A stretch of 28,482 bases of DNA from Actinomycetota bacterium. Lineage in GTDB: Bacteria; Actinomycetota; AC-67. Positions 1 to 10,095 of the stretch are shown piece after piece. Position numbers and translations under genes: made by a program. Numbering within the stretch: position 1 is the stretch's first letter; the number at the start of each line of letters is the position of its first letter. The stretch spans positions 1 through 28,482 of the forward strand of contig JBIOWR010000006.1 of NCBI GenBank assembly GCA_044868775.1. Direction: 5' to 3'. Below the pieces are notes generated by a model. It ran no database searches. It was not told the origin of the DNA and was given only the letters and a program-made list of their open reading frames with translations.

Positions 1-264
1 CGCCCGCTCCCCCACAAGAGCGCCGCTCCGGCCAAGCCCGACGATCCCTTGTTCACGGCGTTGCGCGACTGGCGCACGCGCGTGTCGCGCGACACCGGCA
101 AGCCCGCGTACACCGTGTTCGCGAACGACACGCTCGACCGCATCGCCTCGGTGAAGCCGGAGACGCTCGGGGAGTTGATATCCATCGCCGGAGTCGGCCC
201 GACGAAGCTCACCCGCTACGGCGAAGAGGTCCTCGCCATCGTGAAGTCCGCCGTCCGCGCTTAG
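1..264 (+). CDS. C-terminal HRDC domain of an ATP-dependent DNA helicase (UvrD2- or RecQ-type), 5'-truncated by the window edge
   Basis: Frame is open from base 1 (RPLPHKSAAPAKPDDPLFTALRDWR...). It has the HRDC signature LF.ALR.WR...A......PAY.VF.N.TL..IA...P....EL..I.GVG..K...YGEE.L. TAG at 262-264. Confidence 0.85.
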   Translation, partial: RPLPHKSAAPAKPDDPLFTALRDWRTRVSRDTGKPAYTVFANDTLDRIASVKPETLGELISIAGVGPTKLTRYGEEVLAIVKSAVRA

Positions 265-456
265 TCGCGGTCGCGCGGGAGGGGGCCGCCGCACTACCAC
301 CGGGGCCGCGGGACGCCGCCAGTCGCGGGCGGCGGGGTTCGATTTCGCCGATTCCTCCCTCCCGATCCGGCAATAGCGGCCGATCGCACCGGAGGACGTG
401 CGCAGCGAGAGGTCGAACTACTACGCAGGGCATTCGGTTCGAAACGGGGGAGAGCC

Positions 457-1182
457 ATGAACCGCACCATCAGACGGGGTTCCGTGTTGCTCGCGGCAGC
501 GATTGCGGTTTTTGCAATTGCCGGCGCGGCATTCGCGACCAACAACACGACGCCGTACGACTCCAAGGCTTCGTCGCGGAGCAGCTTCGAGGTTCCGGGC
601 GTGATCGCGCTGGGCGGGCACTCGTCGAGCGAGACCGCGAACGCGGGCGCGAGCTCCGAGGCGACGGGATCGTCGTTCTCCATCGCAGGGCAAGAGGTCG
701 CATCCGGGCCGTCGTGCTCGGCCGCGGCGGAGATGGGCGACAACGGCAACGACAGCGAGACGAAGTCGGGCTCGGCACAGACGATCGGCGACGAGACCAC
801 GCCGGCAACCGTGTCGCTGTTCTCCTCGTCGTGCTCGGCGCAGGCGCAGAGCAACAACAACGCGCACTCGTCCTCAACCGGAGCGATCGCCGACGCATCC
901 GCGCCCGGCGTCGCCGGCGTCACGGTCGGCCGCAGCGCGTCCTCCACCGAGACGACGAGCGGAGAGGCGAACGCAACGTCGTCGTTCACCGGCGCGTCGG
1001 TAACGGCAGGCGACGCGAGCGTGAGCGTCATCGAGTGCTCGTCGACCGCCTCCGCGGGCAACGACTCGTCGTCGACGACGTCGAGCTCGTCGCTCGTGCA
1101 CAGCGGCGACACCACGGTGGCGTTCCCGGAGGGGAGCGAGTGCCCGGCCGGCACCGCCTCCGCGGAGTACGAGCGCGGCTAA
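457..1182 (+). CDS. Secreted Ser/Ala/Gly/Thr-rich hypothetical protein (241 aa)
   Basis: Purine-rich RBS (GGGGGAGAG) before the ATG. Signal peptide MNRTIRR-hydrophobic-AFA. High GC3 codon pattern. Four Cys in a low-complexity, beta-strand-like body. Confidence 0.85.
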   Translation: MNRTIRRGSVLLAAAIAVFAIAGAAFATNNTTPYDSKASSRSSFEVPGVIALGGHSSSETANAGASSEATGSSFSIAGQEVASGPSCSAAAEMGDNGNDSETKSGSAQTIGDETTPATVSLFSSSCSAQAQSNNNAHSSSTGAIADASAPGVAGVTVGRSASSTETTSGEANATSSFTGASVTAGDASVSVIECSSTASAGNDSSSTTSSSSLVHSGDTTVAFPEGSECPAGTASAEYERG

Positions 1183-1207
1183 GCGTTCACGTTCACGACT
1201 CACACCG

Positions 1208-1245
1208 GGCGGCGAGGGGCGTATGCCCCCGCCGCCTTCAGCTTT
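1208..1245 (+). terminator. Rho-independent terminator after the secreted-protein gene
   Basis: GGCGGCG(A)GGGGC-GTAT-GCCCCCGCCGCC forms 12 bp with one bulged A, followed by TTCAGCTTT. Confidence 0.7.
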
Positions 1246-1329
1246 ACGGGCTAGTCACTCCGGACCATTTCCACAACCACCCGCTATCGGGCACAACGGA
1301 CACGACCGGCGACCGTTTTGGCTTGCGAC

Positions 1330-3255
1330 ATGGGGGCCCGGACCGTTCGTCGGCGATCGGCGCGATACGCGCCGGGAATTGCTGCGGTTCTCGTCGCGGC
1401 CGCGATCGCCGGGCGCGCAGGCGCCGCGGCCCCCGTGGTTCCTCCGCCTCCTCCGTCGGTTCCCGGGCAAGCGCTCGTTCGCTTCGATCCCGGCACGTCT
1501 TCTGCGCTCGTTGCTGCGGCGCATGCGCGCGCGGGCGCGCACGTCGTCAAACGGATTCCGGCGATCGGCTTCGAGCTCGTCGCATTCCCGGAGCAGCTTT
1601 CGCTCGACGCGGTGCTGGCGTCGTACAACAGCGATCCCAACGTGGCCGTCGCGGAACCGAACCTCATCGGCCGCGCCGCCCTCGACCCCCAAGACCCTTG
1701 CGTCGCGAGCGCGTGCCCGGGCTCGAGCAAGCAGTACTCGCTCGACGTGACCAACGCGCGCGCGGGGTGGGACCGCGCGCCGGGGCGGTTCTTCACGAGC
1801 CAAACCAAACCAACGGCGCCGCCGGTCACGATCGCGGTGCTCGATGCGAAGATCGACGCGACGCACCCGGACTTCGTCAACGCCGGCGGTGACGGCACCG
1901 ACGTGAGCCACGGCGGTCAGCTCGACCTCGCGAACGCGCGCGATTGGGTGCCGGCCAACAAGCAGAGCGGGTGGGCCGCGTATCACGGAACCTACGTCGC
2001 CGGCATCGCGGCGGCCTCCACCAACAACGCGCGCGGCATCGCCGGCATCGGCTACGCGGCGCGCATCCTCCCGCTGACGGTCGTCGCGGGAGACGGAACC
2101 ACCGACGCAGCCTCGCTCGCCGACGCGATCGTGTACGCGTGGCAGAAGGGCGCGCGCATCGTCAACCTTTCGCTCGGCATCGTCGGCGACTCGCAAGCCG
2201 TGCACGCCGCGATCAAAACGGTCACGAACGGATCGAGTCCCGCGCTGGTGGTCGCGGCCGCGGGCAACAACACCGGATCGGCCGCGTTTTACCCCGGTTC
2301 GTATCCGGAGGTGATGAGCGTCTCCGGCACCACGGCGGGAGACACGCGCGCGCCGTGCTCGAACTACAACGCGAACGTGTCCGTGGCGGCTCCGGCGGAG
2401 CGCGTCGTGTCGCTCGCTCCCATGCCGAACGAGCTGACGACCGCGAGCTGCGGCACGAGCGCGGCCGCGCCGCACGTCTCCGGTCTCGCGAGCCTCCTGT
2501 TCGCGCAAGACCCGTCGCGCACGCCGGCGCAGGTGCGCACGATCATCGAGCGCAGCGCGGAGGATCGCGGCAACGCCGGCAAGGACGTGTACTTCGGGTG
2601 GGGCCGCATCAACGTGGAGCGTGCGTTGCGATACGGAGACGGCACGCCGGGCGTGCACGTGTTCGGAGCGACGATGCCGAAGACCTCGACGCCGTCCAGC
2701 ACGGTCACCGCCGTCGCGACGAGCGCGACCGGCGTCGTGCGGGCCGAGCTTCGATTCCGCTCCCTCAACGCGACGCCGGTCGCGCTCGTCCCCATCGACG
2801 GCTCCTTCGGCGGCACGACCGAATCCCTGCGGGCGACGGTGAGCGTTCCGAGCTCGCTCCCGGGCGGCGCGCATCCGTTCTTCGTGCGCGCCTTCGACGG
2901 CACCGCGTGGGGCCCGTACTCCGTCGGCGTGGTGATCGTCGATCGCACGCCGCCGCAGCTGTGGGACCTCACCGCAACGTACGGCGTGCGCGCAACCGGC
3001 CAGCCGGTGAACGTCACGTTCCGCGCGACCGACGATCTTTCCAAGACGGTCGCGTACGCGATCCAGGTTTTCAGCGACGGCCCCACGAAGTCGCTCATCT
3101 TCCAGGACGCGCGCTTCGGGGTCGCAGCAGGCGGGCAGTCGTACACGTGGCAGCCGGGATCGAACGTGCTTCCCGGCTCGTACACCATCAAGGTGATGAT
3201 CGCGGACGAAGCCGGAAACGGCGCCGCGAAGCTGGTCGGCACGATTCTCACGTAG
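1330..3255 (+). CDS. Secreted S8 (subtilisin-family) serine peptidase with N-terminal prodomain and C-terminal Ig/FlgD-like domains
   Basis: Triad motifs IAVLDAKID.THPD (Asp), HGTYVAG (His) and GTSAAAPHVSG (Ser), plus oxyanion AAAGN. N-terminal basic then hydrophobic signal. Start placed at ATG 1330; a TTG at 1318 is also in frame. Confidence 0.92.
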   Translation: MGARTVRRRSARYAPGIAAVLVAAAIAGRAGAAAPVVPPPPPSVPGQALVRFDPGTSSALVAAAHARAGAHVVKRIPAIGFELVAFPEQLSLDAVLASYNSDPNVAVAEPNLIGRAALDPQDPCVASACPGSSKQYSLDVTNARAGWDRAPGRFFTSQTKPTAPPVTIAVLDAKIDATHPDFVNAGGDGTDVSHGGQLDLANARDWVPANKQSGWAAYHGTYVAGIAAASTNNARGIAGIGYAARILPLTVVAGDGTTDAASLADAIVYAWQKGARIVNLSLGIVGDSQAVHAAIKTVTNGSSPALVVAAAGNNTGSAAFYPGSYPEVMSVSGTTAGDTRAPCSNYNANVSVAAPAERVVSLAPMPNELTTASCGTSAAAPHVSGLASLLFAQDPSRTPAQVRTIIERSAEDRGNAGKDVYFGWGRINVERALRYGDGTPGVHVFGATMPKTSTPSSTVTAVATSATGVVRAELRFRSLNATPVALVPIDGSFGGTTESLRATVSVPSSLPGGAHPFFVRAFDGTAWGPYSVGVVIVDRTPPQLWDLTATYGVRATGQPVNVTFRATDDLSKTVAYAIQVFSDGPTKSLIFQDARFGVAAGGQSYTWQPGSNVLPGSYTIKVMIADEAGNGAAKLVGTILT

Positions 3256-3332
3256 GCGTCGAACGCGGGCGCCGAACGACGCTCGCGAAGCGGGCGGCAG
3301 CGTCCGCGAGAGCGAACTGGCGAGAGGTGAGG

Positions 3333-4004
3333 ATGATGGCGCGGCACGGCGTTTTGCTCGATGATGCTTCCATGGTCCAGTGCGCGCGGTGCGGCACCGA
3401 GAACAAATCCGCGGCGAAGTTCTGCGTCTCGTGCGGCTCGGCGCTCGCTGCGACCGGTGAGACGCTTCGCATCGCGACGCTCGAAGAGCCTCCGGTGAGC
3501 GTCCCCGATTGGGTCTTCCCGAGCAGGCTGACCGAACAGCCGGTCGAGCGTCCGCGCCCGTCGGGCTGGCGCGCGGTGAAGTTCCTCGCGCTGACGCTCG
3601 CGTTCTTCGGCGTGTTCCTCGCGCTTCCCGGATACACGATCTGGGCCACGAGCTCGGCGCTGCGCGAGGTAGGCATCATGGAGTACTTCAAGGAGCTGCC
3701 GACGTGCGAGGAGAGCGCGCGCGCGGCGGGGCAGGACTCGTCGGTGTGCGCGGACCCGGACGTGCGCACGCGGTTCGACCTCGGCACCGAGCAAGTCAAG
3801 TCCGAGCGGAACCGCGTGCTGGCGTTCGCCGGCACCGCTTATGCGGCGCTCGCGATGGGGACGCTGCTGCTCGCGATGGCCGCGGGATTGCGGCCGTGGT
3901 GGGCGCTCGGTGTGCTCGTCTCTCCGCTCAACCTCATCGTGTGGTTCTGGGCGCTCTGGCGCGCCTCGGCGCTGCCGCTCCGGCCCTGGGAGCGCCGCCG
4001 CTAG
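3333..4004 (+). CDS. Double zinc-ribbon membrane protein of unknown function
   Basis: GAGG before ATG 3333 (alternative ATG 3372). N-terminal CARC-x10-CVSC ribbon, then three hydrophobic segments and a loop with a Cys pair. Confidence 0.8.
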   Translation: MMARHGVLLDDASMVQCARCGTENKSAAKFCVSCGSALAATGETLRIATLEEPPVSVPDWVFPSRLTEQPVERPRPSGWRAVKFLALTLAFFGVFLALPGYTIWATSSALREVGIMEYFKELPTCEESARAAGQDSSVCADPDVRTRFDLGTEQVKSERNRVLAFAGTAYAALAMGTLLLAMAAGLRPWWALGVLVSPLNLIVWFWALWRASALPLRPWERRR

Positions 4005-4067
4005 GCAAGCACCCAACTCCTTCGCTACATCCGTCGGGCTTCGGCGTACATACGCTGGAGGGCCGAC

Positions 4068-7000
4068 ATGGAAGTCAAGGAACGCAAGCCACGGCCGAAC
4101 CTTTGGCCGTTCGTCCTACCCGTCCTGGGCATCTTGGCGGCGGGTGGAATCCTTTTGTCGATCGCGCCCAAGGAATACATCAAGGCGCAGCTCGCCAAGA
4201 CGACCGCGTTTGCCGACATCGTCAAGAAGAACCCGGGCGACTTCGCCAACGCTGCGCTGTGGGACATCGGGTTCGCGGTCGTGTACGGCGCGCTCGCGCT
4301 GTACTTCGCGTGGCGCGTCATCGGCTTGCAACGCGAGCGGGTAATCCGCGACGGAACGAACATCGAGCGCGCGAGCCTCGCGCTCATCTTCGCGGGTGCG
4401 CTCTGCGACATCGTCGAGAACGTGCTGTTGCACCAGGACGCGCAAAAGGTTGCCGAAGGTGCAGATCCGACGTGCAACACCGTGATGCTGTGGTTCGGTT
4501 ATTGCAAGTGGTCGGCGCTCGCGCTCGGCGTGCTCGCGCTGGCGTGGCGCGCGTTCGCGCCTCGCCGGCCACACGAGAACGAGTGGTTGCACGCCTCGCC
4601 GGCGAACCGTCCGGACCACGCAAAGAAATCGTGGGATCCGCCCGACGACGAGGACAAGAAGGGCAAGAAGAAAAAGGATCCGCCCGGCCTCGCCGGGGAC
4701 GAGAAAGAAAAGGATCGGCTCGGCTTGTGCTTCTCGGGTGGAGGTATCCGCTCCGCCTCGTTCTCGCTCGGCGTGATCCAAGCGCTGCAAAAGGGCGGCG
4801 TGTTGCGCAACGCGAAGTACCTTGCGGCGGTCTCCGGCGGTGGCTACATCGCCGCGGGCGTCGCGGTCGCGAACTCGCTGGACAAGCAGGAAGGCGAGGA
4901 GCCGTTCGCGCCGGGCTCGCGGCACGAGCGCCACTTCCGCGACAACTCCTCGTACCTCATCCCGAACTTGCGCGGAGGCTTTGCCGCGCTGGCGACGCTG
5001 ATTAGCGGGTTGCTGTTCGGCCTGCTCGTCATCTGGATCGTGCTGTTCGCCGTCGGCCATCCGATCGGCTGGCTCGTCGGCGCCGCCCACGACGAGCTCG
5101 ACGCGCGCGAGCCGGTGACGCTCGTCGATCGCGAGATCGCAAAGGCGGCGATCTCGACCGTCGAGGAGATCCCGTCGACCGACGGCGACTCGCGCTTGTT
5201 CGCGGTTCACCTGGAGGAAGACAGCTCTGTCGAGGAATCGAAGCGCGCTGCGTGTCTCGACGCTGAGCCATTCGACAACGACTCCGGCGACTACGCGTTC
5301 GTCGTGCAGGAGAAGCGACCCGGGATCGTGCGCGTGCGCGACGACACGCCGAAGCTGATCCGCCGGCCGGTGCTCGAGCCGGTGCCGATCGCACCGCTGG
5401 AGGATTGCGCGAGCGCGGACACCGACAAGGGCGAGGCCGTGTTCGCGCTGTTGCCCAAGGACATCCGCGTGGAGCTCGAGATCGTCGGGAAGACCGCGCT
5501 GTCGGCGGAAGATTTGCGCGAGCACATCAAGATCGTTCGCCAGCCCGTGATCCTGCCAAAAAAGGGTCTCCTCGCGCGGGACCGGGTGAAGTTCGATCCG
5601 TGGATGCTGTTCCTGTCGTTCGGGTTCCTGCTCGCGGGTGCGCTCGTGGCGTTCCTCGGGATGTTGTTGCGCTTGCAGGCGCGCTGGCGCGTCTGGTTCG
5701 TGCGCGTGGCGTTCGTGGTGGGCGGAATCGGGTGCGCGCTCGTGATGATCCTGATCGTGCTTCCCTGGCTGTCGCAATTTCTGGCCGACAAGCTCGGTCC
5801 GATCTCGTCCGAGGAAGAGCTGCCGCTCGACGACGCGTGGGTGCCGAGCGGAGGCTTGCTCCTCGTGATGACGCTCGCCCTGCGCAGCTTCTTCGGGCGC
5901 AACCAGTCGGCCGGCGGCACCGCGCCGTCGGGCGCCAGCGGCAACGCCGTGAAGAAGGCATGGAAGTGGCTCGTCGGCGCGAAGGAGAAGTTGCGCTGGT
6001 ACGAGATGACGCCGTTCAAGATCGCGGCGGCCTTGGCCGTGATCGTGGTTCCGCTGATGATGTTCCTGCTCCAGGTGATGTACGCCGCGGCGATCGGCGC
6101 CGAAGGAAAGCTCTTCGGCTTCACCGTGTTCAACCACACGATGCCGTCGTGGCTGTTCTGGCCGGAGTGGAAGCGCGTGCTCGCCGTGCTCGTGTTCCTC
6201 GTCGTCTTGCAACGGTTCGTGGACGGGCACGCGTGGTCGCTGCATCCGTTCTACAAGCGGCGCCTGTCCGATGCGTTCTTCCGTCAGGGACAGAAGAAGT
6301 ACGACAAGGGACCGGTGCGCTTCCAAGATCTGACCGAGGAGAGGAAGGGCTTCCCGCAGCTGTTGCTGTGCTGCGCGGTGAACCTGTCGGAGAAGGGCGT
6401 CGTGCCGCCGGCGCGGCGCGCCGCGTCTTGGACCTTCTCGTCCACGGAGATCGGCGGTCCGCTCGTCGGGTACGTCTCCCCGCAGAAGTACTGGGAACGT
6501 CTCGGCAAGGCGCGGCAAAAGGACATCACGATCCCGGCGGCGATGTCGATCTCCGGCGCTGCGTTCTCACCGGCGATGGGCAAGATGAACTACGGTCCCG
6601 TCGGCTCGCTGTTTGCGTTCGCAAACTTGCGCTTGGGAGTGTGGCTGCCGCACCCGCAGTACGTCGCGAAGATGAAGCGCGGCGAGCGATGGATCGACCG
6701 GCCGGGCTGGTCGTGGTTCCTGCGCGAGGTGGCAGGACGCTACCGCCGCCGCGAGCCGTACCTGTACGTGTCGGACGGCGGCCATTGGGACAACCTCGGT
6801 CTCGTGGAGCTGTTGCGCCGTGGGTGCACGCAGATCGTATGCGTGAACGCAGGCGGCGATAGCCAGGAGAGCTTCGCAACGATCGGCGAGGCGATCGCGC
6901 TCGCGCGCGAGGAGCTGTGCGTGAACATCGACATCGACCCATCGCCGTTGCGCCCGCCGATCGAGGGGGAGAAGACCGGCCGCCAGCTCCGTCGCAAAGC

Positions 7001-7259
7001 CGCGCCCCACGAGGCGGTTTCGCTCGCGACTGCCTCATACGTCAAGGGCTCGTTCACCTATCCGAACGGACGCATCGGATGCATCTGGCTCATCGAACCG
7101 GCGCTCACTGCGGGCATGCCGTTCGACGTGCACGCGTACGCCGAAGAGGAAGCGTCGTTCCCCGACATCGCAACCGGCGACCAGATCTTCAACCACCAGC
7201 AGTTCGAGGCGTACCGTGCGCTCGGCTACTACCAAGGAAGCCAGATCGCCCCGGGCTAG
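4068..7259 (+). CDS. Polytopic membrane patatin/cPLA2-like phospholipase (1063 aa)
   Basis: GGAGG RBS. Oxyanion loop SGGGIRS, nucleophile AVSGGGY and catalytic Asp in [10 protein letters not shown]. Many TM segments. The N-terminal ~4-TM module carries D..EN and KW motifs. Confidence 0.88.
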   Translation: MEVKERKPRPNLWPFVLPVLGILAAGGILLSIAPKEYIKAQLAKTTAFADIVKKNPGDFANAALWDIGFAVVYGALALYFAWRVIGLQRERVIRDGTNIERASLALIFAGALCDIVENVLLHQDAQKVAEGADPTCNTVMLWFGYCKWSALALGVLALAWRAFAPRRPHENEWLHASPANRPDHAKKSWDPPDDEDKKGKKKKDPPGLAGDEKEKDRLGLCFSGGGIRSASFSLGVIQALQKGGVLRNAKYLAAVSGGGYIAAGVAVANSLDKQEGEEPFAPGSRHERHFRDNSSYLIPNLRGGFAALATLISGLLFGLLVIWIVLFAVGHPIGWLVGAAHDELDAREPVTLVDREIAKAAISTVEEIPSTDGDSRLFAVHLEEDSSVEESKRAACLDAEPFDNDSGDYAFVVQEKRPGIVRVRDDTPKLIRRPVLEPVPIAPLEDCASADTDKGEAVFALLPKDIRVELEIVGKTALSAEDLREHIKIVRQPVILPKKGLLARDRVKFDPWMLFLSFGFLLAGALVAFLGMLLRLQARWRVWFVRVAFVVGGIGCALVMILIVLPWLSQFLADKLGPISSEEELPLDDAWVPSGGLLLVMTLALRSFFGRNQSAGGTAPSGASGNAVKKAWKWLVGAKEKLRWYEMTPFKIAAALAVIVVPLMMFLLQVMYAAAIGAEGKLFGFTVFNHTMPSWLFWPEWKRVLAVLVFLVVLQRFVDGHAWSLHPFYKRRLSDAFFRQGQKKYDKGPVRFQDLTEERKGFPQLLLCCAVNLSEKGVVPPARRAASWTFSSTEIGGPLVGYVSPQKYWERLGKARQKDITIPAAMSISGAAFSPAMGKMNYGPVGSLFAFANLRLGVWLPHPQYVAKMKRGERWIDRPGWSWFLREVAGRYRRREPYLYVSDGGHWDNLGLVELLRRGCTQIVCVNAGGDSQESFATIGEAIALAREELCVNIDIDPSPLRPPIEGEKTGRQLRRKAAPHEAVSLATASYVKGSFTYPNGRIGCIWLIEPALTAGMPFDVHAYAEEEASFPDIATGDQIFNHQQFEAYRALGYYQGSQIAPG

Positions 7260-8266
7260 GAATCTTGCGTGGGGTGATACGGAATCTGGGATACGCGCAC
7301 GAGCTTCTCCCAGCGGTGCTCCGACTGGATGCGCCGGATCGTGCCGGAGCGCGAGCGCATGACGAGCGACTCGGACGTGGCGCCACCCGGCCGGTAGCGC
7401 ACTCCTTGCAACAGCGTCCCGTCGGTGACGCCGGTTGCCGCGAAGAATACGTCGTCGCCGGCCACCAGCGTGTTGGTGTCGAGCACGGCGTCGAGGTCGT
7501 AGCCGGCGTCGATCGCCGCTTGCCGCTCCTCGTCGTTGCGCGGGTAGAGCTTTCCTTGTATCGCGCCGCCCATGCACTTCAACGCACACGCCGCGATGAC
7601 GCCTTCGGGCGTGCCTCCGATGCCGAGCAGCAAGTCGACGCCGGTGTGCGACATCGACGTCATGATCGCGGCGGCGACGTCGCCGTCGGAGATCATGCGC
7701 AAGCGCGCGCCGGCTTCTTGCACTTCCTTCACGATGTGATCGTGACGCGGACGGTCGAGCACGATGACGGTGACGTCGGTCTCGTCGATGCCCTTCGCCG
7801 TCGCGATGCGTTTGATGTTCACTGCGATCGGCGCCTCGATGTCGATCACGTCGGCCGCCTCGGCGCCGGTAGCGATCTTGTCCATGTACACGCACGGCCC
7901 CGGGTTGAACATCGTGCCGCGCTCGGCGATTCCGACCACCGAGATCGAGTTGGGCTGCCCGCGCGACAGCAAGCGCGTGCCGTCGATGGGATCGACCGCG
8001 ACGTCCACCTGCGGACCGGTTCGCGCACCGACCTTCTCGCCGTTGTACAGCATCGGCGCTTCGTCCTTCTCTCCTTCGCCGATGACGACGATGCCGTCCA
8101 TGCTCACGGTGTCGAGCATGAGTCGCATCGCGTCCACCGCCGCGCCGTCCGCGGAGTTCTTGTCTCCACGACCGCGCCATCCCGCCGCCGCGAGCGCCGC
8201 CGCCTCGGTCACGCGGACGAGCTCCATGGCAAGGTTCCTGTCGGGGACCGTTCCTTTTCTCGGCAT
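7256..8266 (-). CDS. glpX: Class II fructose-1,6-bisphosphatase
   Basis: [50 protein letters not shown] and GGTPEGV motifs. GGAGG RBS. Its stop overlaps the lipase stop convergently (CTAG). Confidence 0.97.
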   Translation of the reverse strand: MPRKGTVPDRNLAMELVRVTEAAALAAAGWRGRGDKNSADGAAVDAMRLMLDTVSMDGIVVIGEGEKDEAPMLYNGEKVGARTGPQVDVAVDPIDGTRLLSRGQPNSISVVGIAERGTMFNPGPCVYMDKIATGAEAADVIDIEAPIAVNIKRIATAKGIDETDVTVIVLDRPRHDHIVKEVQEAGARLRMISDGDVAAAIMTSMSHTGVDLLLGIGGTPEGVIAACALKCMGGAIQGKLYPRNDEERQAAIDAGYDLDAVLDTNTLVAGDDVFFAATGVTDGTLLQGVRYRPGGATSESLVMRSRSGTIRRIQSEHRWEKLVRVSQIPYHPTQDS

Positions 8267-8369
8267 CGAATCCTCCTCGTGGGGGCCTCAATTTCACCAC
8301 GCGCGGTTCGTTGTTCCAAACGCGCGCACTTTCGGGACTCGACGGCGCGGCTCCATATGATGGCCGGCG

Positions 8370-8948
8370 ATGAAGCTCGCGAACCTCGCCGCATACGCGC
8401 GACGTCCGGTCAGCCTCGTCGTGAAGCTGCGGATGGACGTGCACAACGCGATGCACCCGGGCGAGCCGTGGCTCGTTCCGGGCGCCGTGCGGTTCTGCGA
8501 GGAGCACCTCACCCGTGAGATGCGCGGCCTCGAATGGGGAAGCGGACGCAGCACCGTGTGGTTCGGCTCGCGCATCGGGTCGCTCGTGAGCGTGGAGCAC
8601 GATGAGGGCTGGGCCGCAAAGACGCGCGCCGCAGTCGAAGCGGCGGGATTGCGCGGCGTGGAGGTGCGCTTGCTGAACGCCACGAAGCAGTGGGAGAACT
8701 CTCCGTACGTCTCCGTGGTGGAGGACTTCGCCGACGAATCGCTCGACTTCGTCGTGGTAGACGGGCTGTTCCGGCAGGAGTGCGTCGCGCGCGTGCTGCC
8801 CAAGGTGGCGCCGGGCGGCTACGTGCTCGTGGACGACACGGCGCATCTCGCCGATCTCGCGCACTGGGGATTCCCGCCCTCGTGGAAGATCGTGAGCCGC
8901 AACCGTTTCCTCGTGGCCGAGACCACGATCTGGCAAAAGCCGCGCTAA
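8370..8948 (+). CDS. Class I SAM-dependent methyltransferase
   Basis: Motif I LEWGSGRST, acidic VSVEHD, DFVVVDG and PGGYVLVDD. TATGAT at 8356-8361 lies 8 nt before the ATG, suggesting a leaderless start. Confidence 0.85.
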   Translation: MKLANLAAYARRPVSLVVKLRMDVHNAMHPGEPWLVPGAVRFCEEHLTREMRGLEWGSGRSTVWFGSRIGSLVSVEHDEGWAAKTRAAVEAAGLRGVEVRLLNATKQWENSPYVSVVEDFADESLDFVVVDGLFRQECVARVLPKVAPGGYVLVDDTAHLADLAHWGFPPSWKIVSRNRFLVAETTIWQKPR

Positions 8949-8952
8949 GGAA

Positions 8953-10095
8953 TCAACGCAGCGCTTGGTCGAGGTCGGCGATCAAGTCGTCGACGTGCTC
9001 GATCCCCACCGACAGGCGCACGAGCGACGGATCCACCGCCAGCGGCGATCCCTCCGCGCTCGCGTGCGTCATGCGGGCGGGGTGCTCGATGAGCGACTCC
9101 ACCGCGCCCAGCGACTCGGCGAGGGTGAACAGGCGAGTGCGCGCGACCATCGCGACCGCTTCGGATTCGCCGCCGGCGTGCAGGAACGACACCATGCCGC
9201 CGAAGTCGCGCATCTGGCGCTTGGCGACGTCGTGACCGGGGTGCGAGGCGAGACCGGGGTAGAGCACGCGCCTCACCTGCGCGTGACCCTCCAGGAACTC
9301 GGCGACGGCGCGTGCGTTCGCACAGTGGCGCTCCATGCGCACGGCCAGCGTCTTCGCGCCGCGCAGCGTCAGGTAACAGTCGAGCGGTCCGGGAACCGCG
9401 CCGGCCGCGTTCTGCACGAACGCAATGCTCGAGCGCAGCTGGTCTGAGTTCGTGCCGACGAACCCGCCGACGACGTCGGAGTGCCCTCCCAGATATTTCG
9501 TCGTGGAGTGCAGCACGATGTCGGCGCCGAGCGCGACCGGTTGCTGCAAGTACGGCGTCGCGAAGGTGTTGTCCACGAGCAGCAACGCGCCCCTCTGCTT
9601 GCAGATCCCGGCGATCGGCTCGATGTCGCAGATCTTCAGCATCGGGTTCGTCGGCGTCTCCAGCCACACGAGCTTCGTCTCGGAACGCCACGCCTTTTCC
9701 AGCGAACCCGGGTCGGAGAGGTCCACCGGCGTGTACGTGACGCCGTACGGCTCGTACACCTTTGCGACGAGACGGTAGGTTCCGCCGTACGCGTCGTCGG
9801 GGATCACCACGTGATCGCCCGGGCGCAACACCGATCGCAGCACGGCGTCCGACGCGCCCAGGCCCGACGAGAACGCGAGCCCGAACGAAACGGATTCCAG
9901 GGACGCGAGCGCGGATTCGAGCACGGTGCGCGTGGGGTTGCCCGAGCGCGAGTACTCGTAGCCCTTGTGCGATCCGACCGCCTCTTGCGCGTAGGTCGTC
10001 GTGAAGTGAACGGGAGGAATCACCGCTCCGGTCGTCGGGTCGGGATCCTGCCCGGCGTGAATCGCGCGCGTCTCGAACTCGTACGGCGACGTCAC
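8953..10095 (-). CDS. metB: Cystathionine gamma-synthase/gamma-lyase (PLP-dependent)
   Basis: FETRAIHAG, YSRSGNPT, DNTFATP and HSTTKYLGGHSD (PLP Lys), AESLG.VESL. GTG start overlaps the cbs stop (GTGA). Confidence 0.95.
   Translation of the reverse strand: MTSPYEFETRAIHAGQDPDPTTGAVIPPVHFTTTYAQEAVGSHKGYEYSRSGNPTRTVLESALASLESVSFGLAFSSGLGASDAVLRSVLRPGDHVVIPDDAYGGTYRLVAKVYEPYGVTYTPVDLSDPGSLEKAWRSETKLVWLETPTNPMLKICDIEPIAGICKQRGALLLVDNTFATPYLQQPVALGADIVLHSTTKYLGGHSDVVGGFVGTNSDQLRSSIAFVQNAAGAVPGPLDCYLTLRGAKTLAVRMERHCANARAVAEFLEGHAQVRRVLYPGLASHPGHDVAKRQMRDFGGMVSFLHAGGESEAVAMVARTRLFTLAESLGAVESLIEHPARMTHASAEGSPLAVDPSLVRLSVGIEHVDDLIADLDQALR

Noticed and set aside
265-456. Possible whiB7/uORF or riboswitch downstream of the UvrD2-like helicase; 10-bp pairing 276-285 with 355-364
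   Set aside because: No Cys-containing WhiB ORF or recognisable aptamer consensus is present, and GC-rich pairing of this length is expected by chance.
5558-5564. In-phase A_AAA_AAG slippery heptamer in the lipase gene, followed by a 6-bp hairpin
   Set aside because: The hairpin abuts the heptamer with no 5-9-nt spacer and there is no upstream internal SD. The -1 frame is the Arg/Ala-rich shadow ORF 5405-6862 with no protein-like features, and the 0-frame is intact.
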